This document shows, piece by piece, positions 20,536-30,461 of a DNA stretch of 64,000 bases; positions within the stretch are counted from its first letter, which is position 1; every line of letters starts with the position of its first letter. The stretch lies in assembly GCA_965223795.1 (NCBI GenBank), contig CBDCXL010000002.1:1728001-1792000 (forward strand), in the 5' to 3' direction. Under the pieces are notes generated by a model. It saw only the letters and a program-made list of their open reading frames with translations, searched no databases and was not told where the DNA came from. Both the position numbers and the translations under genes were made by a program. This DNA comes from Nitrospinales bacterium. Its GTDB lineage: Bacteria > Nitrospinota > Nitrospinia > Nitrospinales > VA-1.

Positions 20536-21375
20536 GTGTCGGGAGGGAACCGGGATGCGCGACGGCTTGCCTTGAAAGCAAAGAAACCCACAGCGAAAAA
20601 AGAATCCGCGAAAACCAAGACGGAATCCTCGCGTCCGCGTGAATCCACCGTGTACGGATGGAATGCCTGCATGCGTGTGTTCGAGGCCAGGCCGCAGGAC
20701 ATCCGGCGGGTTTTTTTCAGCAAGGCCCGCTCCGCCGGGTTGAATGCGGTGAAGCGATGGTGCGCCGATCGCAAGCTGCCCTATCGGCAACTGGATGCGG
20801 AGGGCATGGGCAAAGTCGCGGCCAGCGTGCATCACGAAGGCGTGGTGATGGTGGTGCGCCCGCGCGAAAATCCGCGTGCGCATGTTTTGACGCGCGCGCC
20901 GCTGCCCAAGGATGCGGTTTTCGTCGCGCTCGACCAGGTGGAGGACGTGCACAACCGTGGAGCGATTTTGCGTTCCTGCGCCTATTTCGGTGTGTCGGGG
21001 ATGATCGCTGCCGCCGCGAAGGAAGAGACGGGGTTTTCACCATCGGCGGCGCGCATGGCGGAAGGGGCGCTGGAGGTGGTGCCGTTTTACGGCTGCTCGG
21101 ACCTCGCTTCGGTGCTCCGGGAACTCAGCAAGCAGGGGGCGTGTGTCGTGGGAGCCGATCTCGATGCGCGGCAGTCGCTCTATGATGCGAAACTCGCGTT
21201 TCCCTGTGTGCTCGTCCTGGGCAATGAACGGGAGGGATTGTCCGATAAGGTGAAAAAGCGCTGTGACACGCTGATCAAAATTCCGGGAACGGAGGCCATG
21301 CAGTCGTTGAATGTGTCGGTGGCCGCGGGGGTGATGCTTGCGGAACTGTATCGCAGAAAAATTAAGCCGGATTGA
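20536..21375 (+). CDS. TrmH/SpoU-family RNA 2'-O-methyltransferase
   Basis: LDQVEDVHN.GAILRS, LGNEREGL, SLNVSVAAG. Confidence 0.93.
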   Translation: MSGGNRDARRLALKAKKPTAKKESAKTKTESSRPRESTVYGWNACMRVFEARPQDIRRVFFSKARSAGLNAVKRWCADRKLPYRQLDAEGMGKVAASVHHEGVVMVVRPRENPRAHVLTRAPLPKDAVFVALDQVEDVHNRGAILRSCAYFGVSGMIAAAAKEETGFSPSAARMAEGALEVVPFYGCSDLASVLRELSKQGACVVGADLDARQSLYDAKLAFPCVLVLGNEREGLSDKVKKRCDTLIKIPGTEAMQSLNVSVAAGVMLAELYRRKIKPD

Positions 21376-21381
21376 GGAATC

Positions 21382-21807
21382 ATGTTTTTCGCCAAACTGC
21401 ATCCTTTGATCGTGCATTTTCCGATGGGGCTCCTGGTGAGTGGAGCCCTGTTTGAAATTTACGGAAAACTCAGAAACGAGGACGTGGTTGCCGCCGCCGG
21501 ACGGTTCAACGTGCGCCTCGGCTTCTGGAGCGCGCTGCCGGTGCTCGTGGTGGGATATCTGGGGATGCTGAGCCTTGAGGACACGGAAAAATTCAAAACC
21601 TTCCTCGGCAATCACATTCTGTTCGCGTTTGCGTCCGCCGGGTTGTTTCTGGCGGCGCTGCTGCTCGCCCGGTTCGGTAAAAAACCGCTGGGAGGTTTGT
21701 ATTATCTGCTGCTGTTTCTCGGTCTCTGCACGGTGATCGCAACCGGGTTTTTCGGCGGCGAGATGGTGCACCGGTTCGGCGTCTCGGCCAAGCAGTCGCT
21801 GATTTGA
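21382..21807 (+). CDS. DUF2231-family membrane protein
   Basis: LHPLIVHFPMGLL...TGFFGGEMVHRFG, 4 TM. Confidence 0.85.
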   Translation: MFFAKLHPLIVHFPMGLLVSGALFEIYGKLRNEDVVAAAGRFNVRLGFWSALPVLVVGYLGMLSLEDTEKFKTFLGNHILFAFASAGLFLAALLLARFGKKPLGGLYYLLLFLGLCTVIATGFFGGEMVHRFGVSAKQSLI

Positions 21808-21905
21808 AGCTGCCTCTCAAAATTTGGCTGGGCCATTAGCGCCCCTTTTGAAACAAGGGGACGCGAGTTGGCTTGCAGAGCCTAATCGAATTGTCAGCGG
21901 TTCAG

Positions 21906-22286
21906 TTAAAACACCAACCGGTAACCGGACCAGGCCGACGCGGCCAGCGACAGCAGGGCGGTGGCGTAGAAAAAGATGGCGACTCTGGAATAGGGCCGGG
22001 TGTAAGAATAGCCGGCGCAAAAGCCGTAGAGAATGGTGAAGAGAAACGAGTAGCCCTGGTGTCCTTCCACTTCCACGGTGGAGCGCAGACTGAGATCGGA
22101 GGACAGCATTCCGGAAAAATCCGCCATCACCGCCGCCAGCAAGCCCAGGCTCAGATTGAAGGAACCCGCCGATTTGTAGAGCGGGTTGTTGCGTTTGCGG
22201 GCGAGAAAGATCAGCGCGATCCCGGCGAAGAACAGGGCGATCGGGAAATGAGAAATGAAAGGATGGAAGGAAACGGTGCTGATCAT
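21906..22286 (-). CDS. DUF2231-family membrane protein (convergent paralog)
   Basis: FHPFISHFPIALF...VEGH...AWSGYRLVF, 4 TM. Confidence 0.8.
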   Translation of the reverse strand: MISTVSFHPFISHFPIALFFAGIALIFLARKRNNPLYKSAGSFNLSLGLLAAVMADFSGMLSSDLSLRSTVEVEGHQGYSFLFTILYGFCAGYSYTRPYSRVAIFFYATALLSLAASAWSGYRLVF

Positions 22287-22477
22287 GATCCGTCAATGCG
22301 GGACAAGCGCAACGCGGCTGTTGCGGATTCGCCTTTTGTGCGCGCTGCTGGAAATGAAAGCGTTTGATTTCACAAAGCCGCTTGCAAGAACGGCCCACCG
22401 TTCGCTTCTCCGTGCAGTTGCGTTATTTCGCTGACACGGCAAACGGCGGCAGGGACTTTGAGGGGGGCCGTAATGGG

Positions 22478-22783
22478 TCAGGGTTTCGTTGTGCTGTCGG
22501 AATCGTTGGTGAGACCGAGGTTCTTTTCGGAAAGGTCCAGGTTAACGTCGACGTCCACCTTGGTGGCGTTCATCACATCCTGTTCCAACACATCCATGTT
22601 GACGTTCTGCTTCAAGCCTTCGGCTTCGTCAATCACCTCCTGCTTGAGGCTGCTGAAGGTGTTCTGGAATTCTCCCCAGCCTTTGCCGATCGCCTTGGCG
22701 AGTTTGGGCAGGTTCTGGGGACCGATCACCACCACGGCGATGGCCATGATGATCAGGATCTCAAAAAAACCGATGTCAAACAT
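22478..22783 (-). CDS. tatB: TatA/TatB-family translocase subunit
   Basis: MFDIGFFEILII..IAVVVIGPQNLPKLAKAIGK. Confidence 0.85.
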   Translation of the reverse strand: MFDIGFFEILIIMAIAVVVIGPQNLPKLAKAIGKGWGEFQNTFSSLKQEVIDEAEGLKQNVNMDVLEQDVMNATKVDVDVNLDLSEKNLGLTNDSDSTTKP

Positions 22784-23038
22784 GGGAACGCTCCCGGACG
22801 GGTTGTTTGTGCTTGCTTAAGGATACGCAACAATTCTACCAGATGAAAGGCGCATTTGCCAATGCGATCGGGTTTGGTTATCCTGCTTCCAGATTCGGGA
22901 AACTTCAGGGTTTCCAATGGTATAGAAAAAGCCGGCATTCCGGGTTCCGGCTTGGGGCAGCTCGTTCACAGCCATGCCGTTGACAGCGGCGGGAATTGCT
23001 GATACCCCTTCGGAGCACGAAAGGCACCGCACTCGCTC

Positions 23039-23968
23039 ATGAAAATTGTCCGTGGAACGAAAAACATCGTGGGGCCCATCCGCTATCCGGTGGTTTCGAT
23101 CGGCAATTTCGACGGCGTGCACATCGGCCATCAGATGCTGTTTCGAAAAACCGCCGAGATCGCTCAGGCCGCCGGCGGGACCGCCATCGTGTTCACGTTC
23201 GAACCGCACCCGCTGAAAATCATCGCCCCGGAGCGGGTGCCGCCCTTGCTCACCAACTTCCGTCAGAAAATGGAGCTCATCGAATCTAACGGGATCGATC
23301 TTGTGATCTGCGCCGATTTCACACGGCAGTTCGCGGACCAGCGGCCGCGCGATTTCGCCCGCAACGTTCTGGTGGAAAAAATCGGCGTCAAGGAAATCGT
23401 GGTGGGGTTCGATTACGCGTTCGGCCGCGGCCGGGAGGGCACCATCGGCTACCTCAAAAAGATGGGGGAAGAGTTCGGATTCGTCGTGCACGTTGTCGAT
23501 CCGATCAAGATCAACGGCCATCTGGTGGGCAGCTCCTACGTGCGCGAACTGATCGAGGAAGGGAAGGTTCTGGAAGCGCGGGAATTTCTCGGCCGCCCCT
23601 ATTCGATCCGCGGCCCGGTCGTGCACGGGCACCACACCGGCAGCGCCATCGGCTTTCCCACGGCGAACATCGACACGGCGAAGGTGCAGATTCCCGGCAC
23701 CGGGGTGTACGCGGCTTTTGTGCTTCTCAAAGGCAAGCGTTACCGGGGTGCGGTGAACGTGGGATTCAACCCGACTTTCAATCGCGACCGCCTGAGTGTC
23801 GAGGTGTTCATTTTCGACTTCGATCAAAAAATCTACCGGGAGGAGATCGAAGTGCAGTTCGTGGACCGCATTCGCAGCGAGATTGCGTTCGCGTCCGCCG
23901 AGGAACTGGTGGCGCAGATTCGAAAAGACGTCGAAACCGCGAAGGTCATTCTGGAGAACGCTTGTTGA
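23039..23968 (+). CDS. ribF: bifunctional riboflavin kinase/FAD synthetase
   Basis: IGNFDGVHIGH, TFEPHP, GFPTAN, GFNPTF. Confidence 0.97.
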   Translation: MKIVRGTKNIVGPIRYPVVSIGNFDGVHIGHQMLFRKTAEIAQAAGGTAIVFTFEPHPLKIIAPERVPPLLTNFRQKMELIESNGIDLVICADFTRQFADQRPRDFARNVLVEKIGVKEIVVGFDYAFGRGREGTIGYLKKMGEEFGFVVHVVDPIKINGHLVGSSYVRELIEEGKVLEAREFLGRPYSIRGPVVHGHHTGSAIGFPTANIDTAKVQIPGTGVYAAFVLLKGKRYRGAVNVGFNPTFNRDRLSVEVFIFDFDQKIYREEIEVQFVDRIRSEIAFASAEELVAQIRKDVETAKVILENAC

Positions 23969-25020
23969 AAAACTGGAAACACCTGCTATTGGGACTGGGC
24001 ATCGCGGCGGCGGCTTTGTACTACACGCTGCGCAACGTTTCATTGCAGGAGCTGGCGCATTCCTTCCGCGATGTGGACTACCTTTACCTTGTGCCGGCGG
24101 TGGGATTCATGCTGCTCAGCTTCGTGTTCCGGGCCTTGCGCTGGCGAATCCTGCTCGCTCCCATGAAGCGGGCGCCGGCGTCGTCTCTGTATTCGCCGCT
24201 CATGATCGGGTTCATGGGCAACATCCTGCCCGCCCGGGCGGGGGAATTTTTGCGGGCCTACCTGCTGGGGAAAAAGCTGAATGTATCGTTTTCCGGCGCG
24301 TTCGCGTCGATCGTGGTCGAGCGCCTGTTCGACATCTTAGCGCTGTTGTTTTTATTTGCGTGGGTGTTCGCGTTTCATGCGGACATCATCGATCCCGAGG
24401 CGACGGTTTCGGGCGTGCCGGTGCGGGTTCTGGCGGCCCAGTTCGGCAAGTTGAGCGCGGTGCTGCTGGCGGTTCTGGTTGCCTTCGTCTATCTCATGGC
24501 GAATCACAAGCGGGGCTTGATGGGGTTTCTGCAGAAGCTCATCCGTCCTTTGCCGCAATCCTGGCAGAAAAAAACCACCGTCCTGCTGGAGGAATTCAGC
24601 CTCGGCTGCATGGCGGTGAAAGACGTCACGTCCCTGTTGAAGATCGCGTTCTACACGGTGCTGGTCTGGACGGCGATCGTGCTCAGCTATTATCCGTTTT
24701 TCTGGGCCTACGGCCTGTCGGGCACGACGCTGCAATCGGTCGTTCTGGTCACGTTGTTCGTGTGCGTCCTGATCACGGTTCTGCCGACGCCGGCGTTCCT
24801 CGGTTCCTTCAACGCGGCGGTTCTGTTCGCCCTGCACGAGGTCCTGGGGGTGGCGGAAGTGACGGCGGTCAGTTTCGGCGTGGTGTGCTGGGCGGTCAAT
24901 TTCGGATTCATCCTGGCGGCCGGGCTGTATTTCGTGCTGCACGATTCGCTGTCCGTGCGCAAGCTGGTGGAAATCGAGGAAAAGGGCGCGGACGCGCTGA
25001 ACGAGGCGGGCACTCGATGA
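23962..25020 (+). CDS. UPF0104/lysylphosphatidylglycerol-synthase TM-domain (flippase-like) protein
   Basis: RALRWRILL, GNILPARAGEFLRAY, SIVVERLFD, LPTPAFLG; multi-TM. Confidence 0.9.
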   Translation: MLKNWKHLLLGLGIAAAALYYTLRNVSLQELAHSFRDVDYLYLVPAVGFMLLSFVFRALRWRILLAPMKRAPASSLYSPLMIGFMGNILPARAGEFLRAYLLGKKLNVSFSGAFASIVVERLFDILALLFLFAWVFAFHADIIDPEATVSGVPVRVLAAQFGKLSAVLLAVLVAFVYLMANHKRGLMGFLQKLIRPLPQSWQKKTTVLLEEFSLGCMAVKDVTSLLKIAFYTVLVWTAIVLSYYPFFWAYGLSGTTLQSVVLVTLFVCVLITVLPTPAFLGSFNAAVLFALHEVLGVAEVTAVSFGVVCWAVNFGFILAAGLYFVLHDSLSVRKLVEIEEKGADALNEAGTR

Positions 25021-25080
25021 TTCCGTCTTGAAATTTTGCGCCAACCCTTTCATAATAGCACCCCAACCCCGACGCAGGGC

Positions 25081-25167
25081 GCCGAAGTGGCGGAATTGGT
25101 AGACGCGCATGATTCAGGATCATGTGTTCGAAAGAACGTGGAGGTTCAAATCCTCTCTTCGGCACCA
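25081..25167 (+). tRNA. tRNA-Leu (CAG)
   Basis: GCCGAAG...CTTCGGC-ACCA, CATGA-TT-CAG-GA-TCATG anticodon arm, long variable arm. Confidence 0.98.
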
Positions 25168-25352
25168 CTCTCACGCGTAGGGCGGGCTTGCTCACGCCGG
25201 GCAAGGCTCGATGGGTTCAAATTTCCTCCGTAATGTCGCACCCCGCCCGCGCTGCGGGCGGACAGCCGCGATCGCGGCGCTCATTCTTCTGCAAGGTATT
25301 AATCCGCTTGCCCGCCGGTCCAGCGAATAGCAGACGCGTTTTCGGTATTTAA

Positions 25353-26627
25353 TTACGATGCGGTCGCGATGCGGCTTTTGAGGTGCACGATCAGCAGGAA
25401 TGCGGTCAGTCCGCTGACGCCGAGGGCGGTCATCCAGAGAAACCAGTCGAGGTGATCGACCAAGGCCAGCAGAACCAGAAAATGGGTGAAATCCCGGTTG
25501 CTGATCTTGTCCACCCAGTTGTCGGTTTGGCCATCCATCTTTGCAGTCAGGGTGGATTTGTTGGAGATGATTTTGTTCTGCAGCAATAGAAAACAGGCCA
25601 GGCTCCCCAAAGCGGCGACCAGCCCCAGCCAGAGATAAAGTCCGTCGCCGTGGGTCTGATACAGGCCGAAACCGATGGCGAAAAACACCGCGATGTGGAC
25701 CACGTTGTCGCAAAGAATATCGAGTTTGCCGCCCAGGGGGCTTTCCATGAATTTGATGCGCGCGATCTCTCCGTCCACCCCGTCCACCCAGATCGACAGC
25801 AAAAGCAGTACCGCTCCGGCGATGCCCATCTCATAGCCACCCACGAAAAAACAGGCGGCGGAAGCGAGCCCGAACGCGAAACTGATCAGCGTGATCTGGT
25901 TCGGCGTGACCTTTGTGTCGATGAGACCGCGGGTCAACAGTCCGGAAACCGGGCGCGACAGGATGCGTGTGATCAGGCTGTCGTTCGACAGGCCGCCTGA
26001 GGATTTGAGCAGCCGTTTGCTGGCTTTGGAAAAATCCGACTCGCGTTTGATCTTGGGGCTCCCCTCTTCCGGCAGGTACATCATGAGGTTTTTGTCCAGT
26101 CCGGGGGCAGCGTCCGTTTCTGTGTCGCGGTTTTGGCGTGTTTTTTCGATGCCGGGAAGGGGGGAAGCGTCCGTGGGTTTGAGCAGGTTGTTCAGGGATT
26201 CGTCTTCCAGATAGACGAGACGGCCGGTTCCCGAAGATTCTTTCGGGGCTAGGGTGCCGAGCGCCGATCGGATTTTGTTTTTTTCATGCAGGCAGGATCC
26301 GTCCAGAAACAGGTTTCTTGAGGATTTCCGTATGACCTTGAGCAATTGCCCGCTGTCGGCGGCCCAGTTGAGATTCAGGTCGACCCTGGGGTCCCCGGCG
26401 ATTTTTTGGCGCAGGGTTTCCATCGGCTCGCTGCCGTACACCACAAGATGACGGATTCCGCCGCGCTGAATGTTGAGAATATTGCGCAGCAGGAAAGGCA
26501 GCCCGGCTATGTTTTTTCCGTACCAGTCCTGCAGGCTTTTGCTCGGGGCGGGGGCGGGGAGAAAGAGAACCGCGGTCCAGTCCTTAGAGTCAAACGCAAA
26601 CGATGCGGGACCTGAATTTGAAACCAT
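25353..26627 (-). CDS. CDP-alcohol phosphotransferase (DIPPS-like) with degenerate N-terminal nucleotidyltransferase-like domain
   Basis: DGVDGEIAR...GGKLDILCD signature, TPNQIT, RILSRPVS; N-terminal IAGLPFLLRNI...GGIRHLVV without a GxGxR..K motif; start taken at ATG 26627. Confidence 0.88.
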   Translation of the reverse strand: MVSNSGPASFAFDSKDWTAVLFLPAPAPSKSLQDWYGKNIAGLPFLLRNILNIQRGGIRHLVVYGSEPMETLRQKIAGDPRVDLNLNWAADSGQLLKVIRKSSRNLFLDGSCLHEKNKIRSALGTLAPKESSGTGRLVYLEDESLNNLLKPTDASPLPGIEKTRQNRDTETDAAPGLDKNLMMYLPEEGSPKIKRESDFSKASKRLLKSSGGLSNDSLITRILSRPVSGLLTRGLIDTKVTPNQITLISFAFGLASAACFFVGGYEMGIAGAVLLLLSIWVDGVDGEIARIKFMESPLGGKLDILCDNVVHIAVFFAIGFGLYQTHGDGLYLWLGLVAALGSLACFLLLQNKIISNKSTLTAKMDGQTDNWVDKISNRDFTHFLVLLALVDHLDWFLWMTALGVSGLTAFLLIVHLKSRIATAS

Positions 26628-26974
26628 CGTTGTCAACCGTCTTGTAGTCACACTCAATTAAAAGGTAGCAGGAAAGGATGCCGATACAACAGAAAAAATC
26701 ATCCATCCTCGAAATTGAGTCGTTCCGGGCGCTCAAACCTGTCAGGGCCTGGATCACAGAAATTCGGTGACGCCGCTCACACTGAAAGGTGATCCGGAAG
26801 CAGGAATTTCTTTTTGCCCGCGATTGTTTTTTACGGGAATCCCTGTTTTCAATGCGTTGTGCCGGCGCTGGGCGGCAATGTCCTTGTTTTTCCCCGTTTT
26901 ACCTGTAAGGAACGGGATCTTTGTGCTACGTTAATGGATTACAATTTATTTTTTAATCTTGGGAGTGCCGCCAC

Positions 26975-28867
26975 GTGAAGAAGATAAAAATTGCCATTGT
27001 GGGTATCGGAAACTGCGCCAGTGCGTTGGTCCAGGGGATCCATTATTACCGGGGCGCGAATCTGGAAAACGCCATCGGTCTGATGCACGGGGTGTTGGGT
27101 GGATACCGGCCGGAAGACATCGAAGTCGTCGCGGCGTACGATGTCGATCGCCGCAAAGTCGGTCAGGATCTCAACCGGGCTGTTTTTGCGGAACCCAACT
27201 GCGCGCAGCTGTTCTGCGCCGATCTTCCCGAGGCGGGCTTGCAGGTGAAAATGGGCAGGACGCTCGACGGGGTGTCCGCACACATGGCCGATTACGGCGA
27301 GGGGCGCACGTTTTTGCCCGCGGACGCGCCGGAACCCGACAAGGCGGACGTGGTGCGGGAGCTCAAGGAAACGGAAGCGGACGTTCTGGTCAATTACCTG
27401 CCTGTGGGTTCGGAGCAGGCGACGCGTTTTTACGCGGAGTGCGCCCTGGAAGCCGGAACGGCGTTCATCAACAACATTCCCGTGTTCATTGCCAGCGATC
27501 CCGTCTGGGCGCGCCGGTTCGAAGAGAAGAACATCCCGATCATCGGCGACGACATCAAGTCGCAGCTGGGCGCGACGATCACACACCGGGTGCTGACCGA
27601 CCTTTTCAAGAAACGCGGGGTCAAGCTGGACCGGACGTACCAGCTCAATACGGGCGGCAACACGGACTTTCTCAACATGATCAACCGCGACCGCCTGGCG
27701 TCCAAGAAAATATCGAAAACCGAAGCGGTGCAGTCGGTCACCGAGGAACCGCTCAGCAACGAAAACATCCACATCGGTCCCAGTGACTACGTCCCCTGGC
27801 AGAAAGACAACAAGGTCTGCTTCATCCGCATGGAAGGGCGCATTTTCGGCAACGTGCCGATCAACCTGGAAATGCGGCTTTCGGTGGAGGATTCGCCCAA
27901 TTCGGCGGGGGTGGCCATCGACACGATCCGCTGCGCCAAGCTGGCGCTGGACCGGAACGCGGGCGGCGTGCTGTGCGGACCGTCGGCGTATTTCTGCAAG
28001 CATCCGCTCATGCAGTTCACCGACGACGAAGCCCACGCGATGACGGAAAATTTCATTCAGGGCAAGCCGGAACGGAAAAGCCGCAGCTGCCTGATCATCG
28101 CCGCGGGACAGGGCAGCCGGCTGCGGTCGCGCGGTGCGAGCAAGCCGCTCACGCCCATTTTCGGAATCCCGTTGATCGAGCGGGTCATCGTCGCCGCGCA
28201 GGAAGCGGGAGCCAACGACTTTTACGTCGTCACCGGTTACCGGGAAGCGCCGCTCAAAGCCTTCCTCGCCGAACTCTCGCAAAGGCTCGGCCTGCGCATC
28301 ACGCCCATCGAGAATCCGGACTGGGAAAAGGGCAACGGCCTGTCGGTGCTCAAGGGGAAACCGTTTTTTCAGGAGCCGTTTCTGCTGCTGATGTCCGACC
28401 ACCTGTTCGACCCCGCCATCGCGCGCACGCTGCTCATGTATCCCATCGGCAAGGATGAAATCGTGCTCGGCGTGGACCGGGACGGGGAAAATCCGCTGGT
28501 GGACCTGAAAGACGTCACGCGCGTTAAAACCGACGCGGGAAGAATCCGCGCGATCGGCAAAGGAATTGAAGATTACGATGCGTTCGACACCGGCGCGTTC
28601 CTGTGCGGGCCCGGCCTGTTCGAGACGCTGGAGCGCTGCGCCGGGGATGGGGGCGACACGTCGCTGTCCCGCGCGATCCAGATGCTCGCCGACGACAACC
28701 GGGCGTTCACGGCGGACATCACCGGCAGGTTCTGGATCGACGTGGACGACCCCGCTTCCTTCAAGCGCGCCGAAAACGCGCTGCTGGCCGAATTCGGAGA
28801 TTCCCAGCCCGGTGCGACGGCGGAGCGGCCGAAGGACATCGAGTCCGGTGTGGAGAAACCCGCGTAA
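26975..28867 (+). CDS. ino1: fusion of myo-inositol-1-phosphate synthase and sugar/inositol-phosphate cytidylyltransferase
   Basis: N-part [55 protein letters not shown]-part [10 protein letters not shown]...SKPL, GNGLS, LLMSDH, WIDVDD in one frame. Confidence 0.93.
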   Translation: MKKIKIAIVGIGNCASALVQGIHYYRGANLENAIGLMHGVLGGYRPEDIEVVAAYDVDRRKVGQDLNRAVFAEPNCAQLFCADLPEAGLQVKMGRTLDGVSAHMADYGEGRTFLPADAPEPDKADVVRELKETEADVLVNYLPVGSEQATRFYAECALEAGTAFINNIPVFIASDPVWARRFEEKNIPIIGDDIKSQLGATITHRVLTDLFKKRGVKLDRTYQLNTGGNTDFLNMINRDRLASKKISKTEAVQSVTEEPLSNENIHIGPSDYVPWQKDNKVCFIRMEGRIFGNVPINLEMRLSVEDSPNSAGVAIDTIRCAKLALDRNAGGVLCGPSAYFCKHPLMQFTDDEAHAMTENFIQGKPERKSRSCLIIAAGQGSRLRSRGASKPLTPIFGIPLIERVIVAAQEAGANDFYVVTGYREAPLKAFLAELSQRLGLRITPIENPDWEKGNGLSVLKGKPFFQEPFLLLMSDHLFDPAIARTLLMYPIGKDEIVLGVDRDGENPLVDLKDVTRVKTDAGRIRAIGKGIEDYDAFDTGAFLCGPGLFETLERCAGDGGDTSLSRAIQMLADDNRAFTADITGRFWIDVDDPASFKRAENALLAEFGDSQPGATAERPKDIESGVEKPA

Positions 28868-29229
28868 GCGGGCTGAGGTCTATTTGGAAATTGAGGAGAC
28901 TCACGGTTTTACTGGAGGCAGGGCCGCTTTTTTTCTCCACGCTGCGGAAATCACCTTGCACCCGAATACCAGTCCCACCCACATGAGTTCCCTACATCCT
29001 GCGGACGAAGGAAACCATCAGCCCGAGATCCCCGGTCAGACCGGGCGCACCCATGCGCCAGCGATTCGACGATGCAAAGTTCGCTGAAACTCAAGCTGTA
29101 GTCCAGAAAGTAAAGGGTGACCTGCAATTTAAGGATGCCCGCCCGCCCAGCTAAGCATTGCCTGCCGAGCCTGCGCAGCGCGCAGGGATCGCATTTCATC
29201 AGCCGTGCCGTGTGTGGTAAGAATAACGC

Positions 29230-30387
29230 ATGACGGCCGCCCCTCTTAAAATCTGCCTGACGGTCTATTCGTCTCCGTGGTCGCAATTCAAGGGCGGCGG
29301 GCAGATCGCCGTGCATCAGATGGCGTGCGCGCTGCAGGAACGGGGCTGCGAGGTGCATGTGGTGTACTCCAGGCAGCCGCGTGAGGATTTGCATCCTGAG
29401 GTTCCGTATCAGATTCACTGGGTGCGGCGCTTCGACTGCGCGACGTTCAATCTCGATATTTTTTCGTTCGCCGCCGGTCTCCGCCGCCTGCTGAAGCGGC
29501 AGCGCTTCGACATCCTGCACGGCAACGCCGAGGAATTTGTTTTCATCCCGGCACTGTGCCGCAAGCGCGGGGCGGTTCCCTTCTTCACCAGCCACGCGCC
29601 GTTCCTTCCCCAACAGGGCGCGCTCAAAGCGCTGCTTCGGCCCGTGCGATTGTTGAAACAGATCAATCCGCATCTGCTGCGCGCGGCGGCGCGGCGGGCG
29701 CACACGCTGGTCACGTTCAGCGCTTTTTCACAAAGCCTCGTAGCTCCCGCGCTTGAAGGCTGCGGAACGAAACTGGAAACGGTGACTCCCGGTGTCAAGT
29801 CCTCCTGGTTTGAGGTGCAGCGGCGTCCCGATCCGAAGCCGCATCTTCTGTTCTGGGGAAGGATCGAGGAAGAGAAAGGACTGTTCGAACTGTTTGACGC
29901 CGTTCGAGAACTGAGCCGCACGTGTCCCGAGGTCCGTCTCACCATTGTGGGGGAAGGGCAGCGTCTGGAAGCCTATAAGCAGCGGGTGCGGTCGTTGGGG
30001 GTTCAAGCGGCGTTCCCCGGCTGGCTGGGCACCGGTTCGATCCAGAAGCTCGCGGAGACAGCCTGGGCGGGGGTGTTCCCTTCCCGTATTGAAAGCTTCG
30101 GGCTGTCGGTGGCGGAAGCACAGGCGGCGGGCCTGCCGGTGATCGCCACGCGTGCGGGAGCTCTGCCGGAGATCGTCGAGGACGGCGTGACGGGGACGCT
30201 GGTGCCGCCTGAGGATGCGGGCGCGCTGGCGCGGGCGCTGGCGGCGTCGCTCACAGAACGCGGTGAGTTCGAGGCGATGGCGGAAAAAGGCCGCGCGCTG
30301 GCGCGGGAGCGTTTCTGCTGGCAGCGCACGGCGGATCGCCTGATCGCGCTTTACCGGGACGCGCTCGGAGCACAAACCAGATGCTAG
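29230..30387 (+). CDS. GT4-family glycosyltransferase
   Basis: GGGQ loop, GRIEEEKG, ESFGLSVAEAQAAGLPVI (EX7E). Confidence 0.93.
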   Translation: MTAAPLKICLTVYSSPWSQFKGGGQIAVHQMACALQERGCEVHVVYSRQPREDLHPEVPYQIHWVRRFDCATFNLDIFSFAAGLRRLLKRQRFDILHGNAEEFVFIPALCRKRGAVPFFTSHAPFLPQQGALKALLRPVRLLKQINPHLLRAAARRAHTLVTFSAFSQSLVAPALEGCGTKLETVTPGVKSSWFEVQRRPDPKPHLLFWGRIEEEKGLFELFDAVRELSRTCPEVRLTIVGEGQRLEAYKQRVRSLGVQAAFPGWLGTGSIQKLAETAWAGVFPSRIESFGLSVAEAQAAGLPVIATRAGALPEIVEDGVTGTLVPPEDAGALARALAASLTERGEFEAMAEKGRALARERFCWQRTADRLIALYRDALGAQTRC

Positions 30388-30461
30388 AGAGGCTCGATTG
30401 CGTCGTCAGAGGCTAATCCTTTTAAGGCGCAGCGCCGTAAAGGAAGATCGAGGTTCTTTCT

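Noticed and set aside
22784..23038. ribF upstream region considered as an FMN riboswitch
   Set aside because: No RFN consensus elements
25205..25235. GGGTTCAAAT resembling the tRNA-Leu T-arm (possible att site)
   Set aside because: Match too short; no integrase and no duplicated tRNA 3' end seen downstream, so island status of the inositol cluster is unsupported
26659..26687. Possible sigma28 promoter upstream of the ino1 fusion (TAAA...GCCGATAC)
   Set aside because: Spacer is 17 nt rather than 15; weak -35 at the correct spacing
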